IMG/VR virus record: IMGVR_UViG_3300037484_001098
Location: 1-43,462 of that record
Strand: one strand, 5' to 3'
DNA from: a virus
Taxonomy: Duplodnaviria; Caudoviricetes
Length of the DNA: 43,462 nucleotides
Below the pieces are notes generated by a model that made no database searches, was not told the DNA's origin, and was given only the letters and a program-made list of their open reading frames with translations. Shown here piece by piece: positions 26,672 to 34,648 of the stretch (the first letter of the stretch is position 1; the number at the start of each line of letters is the position of its first letter). The position numbers and the translations under genes are program-made.

Positions 26672-28009
26672 ATGAACCTCGGCGAATACATCTCCACGCT
26701 GGACGCCCCCGCCTCCTCGGGAATTCCGAAGGCCACTCCGGAGGATTTCGGTGGAACCGTCGCCCGGGCCGCGGAAGATTTCGCGCAGGCGTTTCGCGAC
26801 CAGGCGGACGATCTTCAGCGGGCGCAGGACGTCTCCTCTCTTTCGCTTTCCGCCCACCGGCGGGTGACCGATCTCAACGCCGCCCTCGAGGAGAAGCCGG
26901 ACTGGCAGACGCACGAATCGAACTGGCTGAAAGGCTTCGGGAAGATCAAGCAGGAGACCCTCGACGGGATCAACGATCCCGTCGTCAAGAAGAGCATGGA
27001 CTCCCAACTGGCCACGATCGAGGCGAACGGCTACATGCAGGCCCGGCAGCGCGGCCGTCAATTGTTCGTCGACACGTCGAAAGCGAACCTCGCCAACACG
27101 GTCAAGGATGCCATGGACGGGGCGGCTCTCGTAGCGGATCCCGCACCGCTGATCGGGATCGCCATCGGATCAATCAGATCCTCCACGGCGGGCGGCGTCA
27201 TCACCGCGGAAGAGGGGGCGAAGACCGAGAGTGATTTCCTTGAGGGCGTTCAGATCGGGTTCGCGAAGCGGGACATCATGACCAACCCGGCCGCCTACTT
27301 CCGGAAACGGCAGCTGGGGGAGTATTCCGGGGTCGGTATCGGCAAGATCGACCTCCTCGACGCACAGGCGGTGCGCCAGATCGAGCACAACGGCCGGGTT
27401 GCCGAGCAGCTCCTGAAAAAAGCGCAGGAGAAGAACTCGGTCGTCCTTCTGACCGGGGTCGACGCCGGGACCGTCAACCAGGCGCAGCTGGACGACGCGT
27501 TTCTCGGCCCCACGCGGGACCCGGAATTCACCCCCACGATCACCAACGAGGCGTACAAGGAGGGGACGCTCAAGATCGCGGCGCGCGCACGCGAGGGCGG
27601 CCCCCGGAATCCGGCGATGGTGAACACCTTCAAGATCGATATCGACCGGCATTCGGAGGCGGAGATCAGGCGTCTTGGCGACAAGGGTCTCAACCCGGCC
27701 GATGTCCTCGATATCCTCGAGTACAAGCGCGCGCGGGTCGACGACCTACAGAAACTGCCCCCGGGAGCCTCCACGGGGATGGAGATCATCCGTACGGCGG
27801 TCCCCCGCGGGTTCCTGAACACGATGACCGACAAGATCCGCGTGAAGCTGATCGCCGACGAGCAGGAGTACATCTCCCGCGTAAAGAAGGATCCGAATAA
27901 GTGGTTCGAGATCGCCTCCGAGATCTCCAACCGGTGGAAGACGGTTGCGAATCCGCAAGGGACGGGCACGGAAGACCTGAAGAAACTCCTGAACGAGGCG
28001 GGTAAATGA
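26672..28009 (+). CDS. Putative internal virion (ejection) protein 2
   Basis: Helical 445 aa; position analogous to T7 gp15. Confidence 0.6.
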   Translation: MNLGEYISTLDAPASSGIPKATPEDFGGTVARAAEDFAQAFRDQADDLQRAQDVSSLSLSAHRRVTDLNAALEEKPDWQTHESNWLKGFGKIKQETLDGINDPVVKKSMDSQLATIEANGYMQARQRGRQLFVDTSKANLANTVKDAMDGAALVADPAPLIGIAIGSIRSSTAGGVITAEEGAKTESDFLEGVQIGFAKRDIMTNPAAYFRKRQLGEYSGVGIGKIDLLDAQAVRQIEHNGRVAEQLLKKAQEKNSVVLLTGVDAGTVNQAQLDDAFLGPTRDPEFTPTITNEAYKEGTLKIAARAREGGPRNPAMVNTFKIDIDRHSEAEIRRLGDKGLNPADVLDILEYKRARVDDLQKLPPGASTGMEIIRTAVPRGFLNTMTDKIRVKLIADEQEYISRVKKDPNKWFEIASEISNRWKTVANPQGTGTEDLKKLLNEAGK

Positions 28010-31000
28010 GCGACCTCTCCTCGCAGTATCTGGATCGGTGGAAGAGCGAGTACCTCCCCGGCGTCAACGGGGAGCCTCCGCAGATGATCACGGCGGCCGA
28101 CCAGGCGCCGAATCCGTATCTCACGCCCGGGAAGCCTTCCGTCCCCGTTGACGTCCGCGGCGTGAAGGGCGCCAAGCCCGCCGGAAACATCGCCGGAGAG
28201 AGCGGAAACGAGCTGGCGGTACCGGACATGCTGAAAGGCGCTGTCCGTTCCGCGATCGAGCTCTTCGGCTTCCCGGCCCGGGCTGCTGGCGAGCTCGCGG
28301 CGGCCTCCGCTGGGCGCGACATGTCGATGGAGGGGGCTTCCGGATCCGGCGGGAACGATGGGAACACGGACACCGCCGTGCAGCAGGAGCTCCAGCTGCA
28401 CATCGACCAGACCTTCGAGACCGTAAAGACGGCTGCAGCCGGCGCTCCCACCGAGGACTCACAGAAGTGGGAGCAGGCCCTCGGGGTCCCCTTCATCCCG
28501 TTCACCTGGGCGGCGCAGACGGCGGAAGAGTACGTCATGGAGAAGACGGGAGACCCGCTCCTGGCGAAGTCCGCGGGGCTGGCGGCCATGATGGGTGTCG
28601 GGAAGGCGATCCACGCGGGGGTGAAGGAAGGCAAGCTCGCCGGCGAGAAGGTGGGGGCCCTCGGGATCAAGGAAGGGCTCTCCGCGTACACGGAGAACCT
28701 CCGCACGCGCCTCCCCGAGCAGCTCGTGAGCGAGCGGGGCTCTCTCGAGATCCCCGGCAAGCGCGACGTGAAGCCCGCCGAGTGGGGGAAGCTCGAGACA
28801 GCCATCAGCAGCGGGTCCCTGGACATCGAGGGAAAGCCCGGGCGGATCAATTACGACCGGCTGGAGATCCCGGACACGGTCAAGCAGGTCATGGCCGGGG
28901 TTGACGCGCTCTACGGCAAGCGGATCGAGGAGACGATCGGCGTTCCGCACACGCTGGAAGCGGTCTACGCGGAGGCGAAGGCGAACCCGATGACCGTCCC
29001 GGAGCTGCTCCGGCACCCCGACAACGAACCGATGACGGACGTGGACATTACCCGGGCGCGGCTGCTCCACGGCGCGGTCGGCCAGTTCGTGCTCGACCAG
29101 GCCAAGAAAGTGGCCGATGGGGACAAGGAGGCCGTCTCTGTCCGAGACGCGGCCCTGGCGCTGACCGCCCGGATCCAGGAGAAGAAGGAGTCCACCACCG
29201 CCGCGATCGCGCGGGGCCTGGGCTCCCACCGGATCATGACCGAGGTGGGGGATTACCAGGCGGCCGGGCTGTCCAAATTCGCGGAGAACCTAGCCAGGCT
29301 GAAGAAGAAAGGCGTCGACGACGCCACGATCAACGAGGCGATTCTCGGGATGAAGAGTCCCGAGCAGCTCGCGGTCTTCGCGAGAAGTCTGCAGCGGGCG
29401 ACGAAGCCGCAGATGTTCCTCGAGGCGTGGATCAACGGGCTCCTGTCGGGCCCCCAGACGCACGCCGCGAACATGACCGGCAACCTGGCGACGCTTGCCG
29501 TCCTGGTCGAGGAGCGGCAGATGGCGTCCTTCCTGCCGAAGTGGGGGGAGGGCCCCGGAGTGGCGTACGGCGAAGCCGGGGCGATGATGCACGGGGCGGT
29601 CATGAGCATCGTGGACGGCCTCCGCCTGGCGGCGAAGACGGTCCTGGAGGGCGATCAGTTCGCCTTCAATAAGTACGAGACCCTCCTTTCAAAGAATCAG
29701 CAGCCCATCCGGAAGGCGATCACCGCGGAGAATCTCGGGCTCTCCGGCCCCCTGGGAGTGGGAGCGGATTTCGTCGGGAGCACGATCCGGCTTCCGGGCG
29801 TGTTCCTGGGCGCGGAAGACGCCTTCTTCAAAGCGATGGCGCAGGGCGCGGAGCTCCACGCCCAGGCGTACCGGAGAGCGGCTTCCGAGGGGGCGAAGGG
29901 AAAGGAATTCGGGGACCGGGTATCGTACCTGAAAGATCACCCGACTGAGGAGATGGTCCTCTCCGCCTCCGAGTTCGCCGACTACGCAACCTTCACCAAG
30001 GAGCTGGGGGCGACGGGGCAGGCCGCGCAGCGGTTTCTGAATTCGCACCCGATGATCAAGGTGTTCCTTCCTTTCTTCCGGACGCCGACGAACATCATGA
30101 AATTCGTCGGGGAGCGGACGCCGTTGGGGCTGCTCTCCGAGAACGTCCGTGCGGATATCGCCCGGGGAGGGGCGACGGGACAGCTCGCCACGGCGAAGCT
30201 AATCAACGGATCCTTGATCATGGGCACCGCCGCGGTGCTGGCCCAGGCGGGCATGATGACCGGATCCGGCCCGAAGAACCGGTCGCAGCGGGCGCTCTGG
30301 ATCCAGGACGGCTGGCAGCCGTACTCCCTGAATATCGGGGGGAAGTATTACGATATGTCCCGGTTCGAGCCCGTGGGGACCCTCATGGGGATCGCCGCGG
30401 ACATCGCCCTGATCAACGAGTTCAACCAGGGCGAAGTCGACGGGAAAGATATCGAGGACGTGGCGGTGGCTTCGGCGCTGGCAGGGTACCAGGTCTTCTC
30501 GATGAAATCGTACCTCGCCGGAGTCGGGTCGTGGATGGAGGCGATCAACGACCCGGATCGTAGTGGCGGGCGGGTGATCAGCCAGCTCGCAGGCTCGACG
30601 GTTCCTTCCATCGTGAATCAGGGTACCGCCGCGTATGTCGATCCGAAGATCCGCGAGGTCCGAGGATCGGTCGACGCGATCATGGCCCGGATCCCTGGGC
30701 TCTCGGACAAGCTGGAAGCCCGGCTCGACCTGTTCGGCCGCGAGCAGCTCCGCCCTGGGCGCCTTGGCCCCGACATCGCCTCCCCGATGCGCGTCTCCGA
30801 GGCGAAGAAGGACCCCGTGCTGGACGAAATGAACCGGCTCGGGATGGCGATCGGGAAGCCCTCCCGGTTCGTCATGGGGAAGGCACCGGGGGGGATGGGC
30901 TTGTTCGGCGTGGGAGAGAAGGATTCCCCGTGGCACGGCGTGGAGCTTAAACCCAAGGAGTACACCCTCCTGGTAAAGCTCGCCGGGAACGGATTCAAGG

Positions 31001-31305
31001 ACGACACCGAGTTCGGGCACGTCGGGGCTTATGACTTCCTCAAGGCGGCGCTGAAGACGCCGGAGTACAAGGCGCTCCCCGAGGATCCGAACGCGCCGAT
31101 GGGGACGAAGCAGGCGTACGTAAAAAAGGTGATCTATCAGTACCGCGCGCTCACGCAGGAGTGGATGGCGGAGAACAGCGATCGCCTACAGAAGATCCGC
31201 GCGGGCAAGGAGCAGAGCAAGGAGCAGTTCAGCGAGACGGGGAAAACGGGGAAAGCCGCCCCCGCCTCCGACGCACTGATGAAGGGGTTGAACATCGGGC
31301 AGTAG
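28006..31305 (+). CDS. Large internal virion (ejection) protein 3
   Basis: WINGLLSGP.TH..N, D.FFK, PF.RTP.NI, GW.PYS, R.EP.G motifs; 1099 aa, T7 gp16 position. Confidence 0.75.
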   Translation: MSDLSSQYLDRWKSEYLPGVNGEPPQMITAADQAPNPYLTPGKPSVPVDVRGVKGAKPAGNIAGESGNELAVPDMLKGAVRSAIELFGFPARAAGELAAASAGRDMSMEGASGSGGNDGNTDTAVQQELQLHIDQTFETVKTAAAGAPTEDSQKWEQALGVPFIPFTWAAQTAEEYVMEKTGDPLLAKSAGLAAMMGVGKAIHAGVKEGKLAGEKVGALGIKEGLSAYTENLRTRLPEQLVSERGSLEIPGKRDVKPAEWGKLETAISSGSLDIEGKPGRINYDRLEIPDTVKQVMAGVDALYGKRIEETIGVPHTLEAVYAEAKANPMTVPELLRHPDNEPMTDVDITRARLLHGAVGQFVLDQAKKVADGDKEAVSVRDAALALTARIQEKKESTTAAIARGLGSHRIMTEVGDYQAAGLSKFAENLARLKKKGVDDATINEAILGMKSPEQLAVFARSLQRATKPQMFLEAWINGLLSGPQTHAANMTGNLATLAVLVEERQMASFLPKWGEGPGVAYGEAGAMMHGAVMSIVDGLRLAAKTVLEGDQFAFNKYETLLSKNQQPIRKAITAENLGLSGPLGVGADFVGSTIRLPGVFLGAEDAFFKAMAQGAELHAQAYRRAASEGAKGKEFGDRVSYLKDHPTEEMVLSASEFADYATFTKELGATGQAAQRFLNSHPMIKVFLPFFRTPTNIMKFVGERTPLGLLSENVRADIARGGATGQLATAKLINGSLIMGTAAVLAQAGMMTGSGPKNRSQRALWIQDGWQPYSLNIGGKYYDMSRFEPVGTLMGIAADIALINEFNQGEVDGKDIEDVAVASALAGYQVFSMKSYLAGVGSWMEAINDPDRSGGRVISQLAGSTVPSIVNQGTAAYVDPKIREVRGSVDAIMARIPGLSDKLEARLDLFGREQLRPGRLGPDIASPMRVSEAKKDPVLDEMNRLGMAIGKPSRFVMGKAPGGMGLFGVGEKDSPWHGVELKPKEYTLLVKLAGNGFKDDTEFGHVGAYDFLKAALKTPEYKALPEDPNAPMGTKQAYVKKVIYQYRALTQEWMAENSDRLQKIRAGKEQSKEQFSETGKTGKAAPASDALMKGLNIGQ

Positions 31306-31330
31306 CCGCGCATTGATCGTCAACACGCAG

Positions 31331-31350
31331 GCCCCTTCGAGGGGCTTTTT
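31331..31350 (+). terminator. Intrinsic terminator
   Basis: GCCCC-TTCGA-GGGGC-TTTTT. Confidence 0.7.
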
Positions 31351-31375
31351 CATTTCCGCCCACAAGGAGGGCACC

Positions 31376-31702
31376 ATGAAAGTCTCCGATGTTGTGATCA
31401 CGATCGCCACCGACGACAACAATTCCGCGAAGCACCGGCTGACGCAGGGAAGGAACCTGATCGGCATCGTTGTCCCAACGCTCGACGCGACGAACCTGAC
31501 CCTTGAGGTGAGCTTCGACGACGGGACGAATTGGGTCCCGCTCTACCGGCCGGACGGCTCGGCCTGGTCGATCGCGGCTACCGCCGGCGGGTTCACGATG
31601 TGGATCGACGGGCTCTCCTGCTTCGGCGGGCTTCCGATCCGGTTCGTGTCCTCTGCGAACCAGGCCGCGAACAGGACCTTCAAGGTGCTGGAGACCAGCT
31701 AA
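31376..31702 (+). CDS. Beta-rich protein; paralog of 18950-19387 without a signal peptide
   Basis: VPT.....L.VS.D.GT...L and ..QAA.R.FKV shared with 18950; AAGGAGG RBS. Confidence 0.75.
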   Translation: MKVSDVVITIATDDNNSAKHRLTQGRNLIGIVVPTLDATNLTLEVSFDDGTNWVPLYRPDGSAWSIAATAGGFTMWIDGLSCFGGLPIRFVSSANQAANRTFKVLETS

Positions 31703-33609
31703 TGAGGCGCGCAGGCGTTTTTCTCCTTCTGCTGGCGACGTTCCTGCTGGCGGTCCCCGCGGCTGCCGGGCCTCCGGTCCATCAGGCCACGCCATGGTGG
31801 CACTACGATCTGACGTTCTGGGCTCCGTTCGATGACGCGAGGTCTCCGTTGCGCCTTCTTCGCGGCACCGGCACCCTGTCCCTTACCCGCGCGCACGACG
31901 CCACGCACACGGCGACGTACCTCCACCCGGGGACGGGGCTGGTGACCGTCGCCGACAATAACCAGCTCCGCATCGAGGCCAACGGTGCGCTGATCGAGGG
32001 GCCGCGGGAAAATCTTATTGCTAGGTCCTACGAGTACAACAATGCCTACTGGACCAAGCGAGGCACCTTGACCGTTGCGCCCGACAACACGACCGATCCT
32101 TTCGGCACGTCTCTCGCGGACAATGTATCGGGAATCGGATATGCGGGAGACGATATTTATAAGACCCAAGCGTCTACCGGTGTTGTCTCGCCCTCGTTTT
32201 TCGTGAAGCAGATTTTCACCACGGGGACATTGGAACTCTCAAATGCTTACAGCGGTACCTATGGAAAATGGAACATAAACCTTGCCTTGGTCGGTACCGG
32301 ATGGCATCGGGTCACCCGGTACAGCACCGCGATTTCCTCCGTCACTTCGGAATTTACAAGCCACGCTGACGGATACTCCGGGCTGATGCACCGAGCGGCT
32401 TCTGACCCAATATCGGCATATCTGTTCGGGAGTAGCCTTGAGGCGGCGGCGTTCTCTTCATCTTTCATCCCAACGGTAGCCACGGCGATGTCGCGGAACG
32501 CGGATGTCCTTACGATCCCAACGGCAGGTAACATCGACAACTCCGCCGGGACATTGGCGATGGAATGGGCTCCTTTGTTCGACCACACGATGACGACCGG
32601 AGCGGCCTACTACCTGTTCGACGCGGGGCCGCTGGAAGCGTATTACAACGCCACCGATCAGAAAATATATCTCACGGACGGCACGAACACGATCAGCACG
32701 GCGGCTTTAACCTTCACGGAAGCCTTTCTACAGAAACTTGTATTCCGTTGGGGGCCATCTGGACTTGCCATCTATCGTCTCGGGGAAAAGGTGGCAAGCG
32801 GCGAGGATTTCACCGAACCAGCGTTGGTCGAAAACCTGTACATCGGCTCTGATGATGCGGGGGCAAATCAAGCGTTTGCAAACTTCAAGAACATAAGGGT
32901 TTGGAATGTGGAGTACGGAGATAGCCAAGCGATCATATTTGCACAACAGACCCAAGGTAGGACGGCGCTGGTGACGTTTGTTTACGACGATGGATTTGCT
33001 ACCGATGCGACCTTGGCGGAGCCGGTGTTTACGGCGAAAGGAGTCACGGGCTGTTCCTCTATCGCTACGGATTATGTTGGAACCGCAGGATATATGACGT
33101 GGGAACAAGTGTTGGGTTTACAGACGGCTGGGTGGGAGATTATGTCTCACTCAAAAACCCATTCGGATCTAACGACGCTGACGGAAGAACAACTGCATAT
33201 AGAACTAGGTTCTTCCAAACAGGCACTTTTAGATAACGGAATAATTTCCGTTACAAACCTTGTCTACCCGGGCGGCGCCAACAATGAACTTGTCCGGTCG
33301 GTCGCCGCTCAATACTATTCAGCAGCGAGACAAATATGGGGCACAACCCAAGGGCGAAACAGTCAAGTCATAAGCGATCTATATCAGATCGCGTCCCTTA
33401 ATATCGACAATAGCGCATTGCTTGAAACACACAAAGGTTGGGTAGACGAGGCAGAACACGGAGATGTGTGGCTGGTGCTCTACGCACACGAATATGATGC
33501 GGGCGATGCTACAGCTTTAGGGGAACTGATTGATTACATACAAGCGAAGGGCATCCCGATAGTGAGTTTTCAAGGGGCGATTGATCTGTATAAAGCATGG
33601 ACAGGTTGA
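31702..33609 (+). CDS. Signal-peptide-bearing spike-like protein: LamG/ConA-like domains plus C-terminal CE4 polysaccharide deacetylase
   Basis: MRRAGVFLLLLATFLLAVPAAA|; G.LIE..R.N, SS.IPT...A..R.AD head-spike-type motifs; NodB motifs TFVYDDG, EIMSHSKTH, YPGG, LYAH. Confidence 0.8.
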   Translation: MRRAGVFLLLLATFLLAVPAAAGPPVHQATPWWHYDLTFWAPFDDARSPLRLLRGTGTLSLTRAHDATHTATYLHPGTGLVTVADNNQLRIEANGALIEGPRENLIARSYEYNNAYWTKRGTLTVAPDNTTDPFGTSLADNVSGIGYAGDDIYKTQASTGVVSPSFFVKQIFTTGTLELSNAYSGTYGKWNINLALVGTGWHRVTRYSTAISSVTSEFTSHADGYSGLMHRAASDPISAYLFGSSLEAAAFSSSFIPTVATAMSRNADVLTIPTAGNIDNSAGTLAMEWAPLFDHTMTTGAAYYLFDAGPLEAYYNATDQKIYLTDGTNTISTAALTFTEAFLQKLVFRWGPSGLAIYRLGEKVASGEDFTEPALVENLYIGSDDAGANQAFANFKNIRVWNVEYGDSQAIIFAQQTQGRTALVTFVYDDGFATDATLAEPVFTAKGVTGCSSIATDYVGTAGYMTWEQVLGLQTAGWEIMSHSKTHSDLTTLTEEQLHIELGSSKQALLDNGIISVTNLVYPGGANNELVRSVAAQYYSAARQIWGTTQGRNSQVISDLYQIASLNIDNSALLETHKGWVDEAEHGDVWLVLYAHEYDAGDATALGELIDYIQAKGIPIVSFQGAIDLYKAWTG

Positions 33610-33708
33610 GGCGCGTGAAATGATCTGCTCTTCCTGCCACTGATGGAAACGGCTGCTGTGCATCTTCGCGCGTCGTGAGTTCAACGAGTGGGTAGAGAGG
33701 GAGGGGTG

Positions 33709-33972
33709 GTGAAACTTTCCGAGAAGCAGGCCATATTCGCCGTGAACGTGGCGCAGAAGCTCGCGTTCCGCTGGGGGCCTTCCGGCCTCGCCATCTACCG
33801 CAACGGGGCGGAAGCGGCAAGCGGCGAAGACTTCGATGCCTTCGCCCTCAACGAAAACCTGTACATCGGCTCCGACGCGGCGGGAGCGAATCAGGCGTAT
33901 GCGAACTTCAAGCACACGCGCACCTGGAGCCATGATTTGACCGACACAGAAATGCAGTCCATCACCCGATAG
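33709..33972 (+). pseudogene. Chimeric remnant: peptidase-M15-endolysin-like N-terminus fused to the displaced LamG C-terminus of 31702-33609
   Basis: 33754-33927 is colinear with 32731-32904 (44/58 aa identical); first 15 codons MKLSEKQAIFAVNVA. Confidence 0.65.
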
Positions 33973-33983
33973 GAGAGAGCCCC

Positions 33984-34637
33984 ATGACGACCTCCAAAAC
34001 GTACTGCCGCGCGGAATACGTGGGCAACGGCGCCCTGTTGATCTGCCCGTACGATTTCTTCATCGGGGCTGCGTCGGAGCTGCGGGTGTACGTGGCCGGG
34101 GTGCTGCTGACGCTGGGCGTCCACTACACGGTGTCGGGAGTCGGAAGCGAGGCGGGGGGGAACGTCACGTTTGTGGCGGGCTCCGTCCCGGCGGCGGACG
34201 CCGCCATTTTGATTCTCCGGTCCACGGTAGCGGTCCAGCAGACCGACCTCTCCGCCGGCGGGACGTTCTACGAGGATACGATCGAGGAGATGGTAGACAA
34301 GCTCACCCGCATGGTGCAGGAGATCAACGAGCGGATGGGGCGGTCCCTGACCCTTTCTCCCGTGTCCACCAAGGAAAACCTCACGGTGCCCGATCCGGCC
34401 GCGGGGCAGGCGCTCGTCTGGAAGGACGATCTTACGGGGCTGAAGAATTCCCTCTTTTCGCTGTCGGGGGTTCTCTCCGGAAACTACGATTGGGGGGCGG
34501 CCGCCCCGGATCCCGCCGTGGTGGGCGATAACTTCACCCGGTTCAATTCAGCCTTCGAGGTCGGCGGCAATATGGGGTGGGTGACGATCGACGGCGCCGC
34601 GTACGCCTGGGGCTTCATTTCCGCGAATCCGGTGTAA
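33984..34637 (+). CDS. Short tail fibre/adaptor with T7 gp17-like N-terminal domain
   Basis: Y.GNG....Y.F, Y.V.G.G...GG.VTF, R.T...Q.TD, E...DKLT..QE; no signal peptide. Confidence 0.8.
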   Translation: MTTSKTYCRAEYVGNGALLICPYDFFIGAASELRVYVAGVLLTLGVHYTVSGVGSEAGGNVTFVAGSVPAADAAILILRSTVAVQQTDLSAGGTFYEDTIEEMVDKLTRMVQEINERMGRSLTLSPVSTKENLTVPDPAAGQALVWKDDLTGLKNSLFSLSGVLSGNYDWGAAAPDPAVVGDNFTRFNSAFEVGGNMGWVTIDGAAYAWGFISANPV

Positions 34638-34648
34638 GGAGGCATACG

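Noticed and set aside
28006-31305. Virion RNA polymerase or lytic transglycosylase domain in the large protein
   Set aside because: No polymerase or SLT motifs were recognised; the motifs fit an ejection protein
32731-33927. Repeat pair as the VR/TR of a diversity-generating retroelement (the virion module is BPP-1-like)
   Set aside because: Differences are not confined to adenines, many are synonymous, and there is no reverse transcriptase or Avd gene in the window
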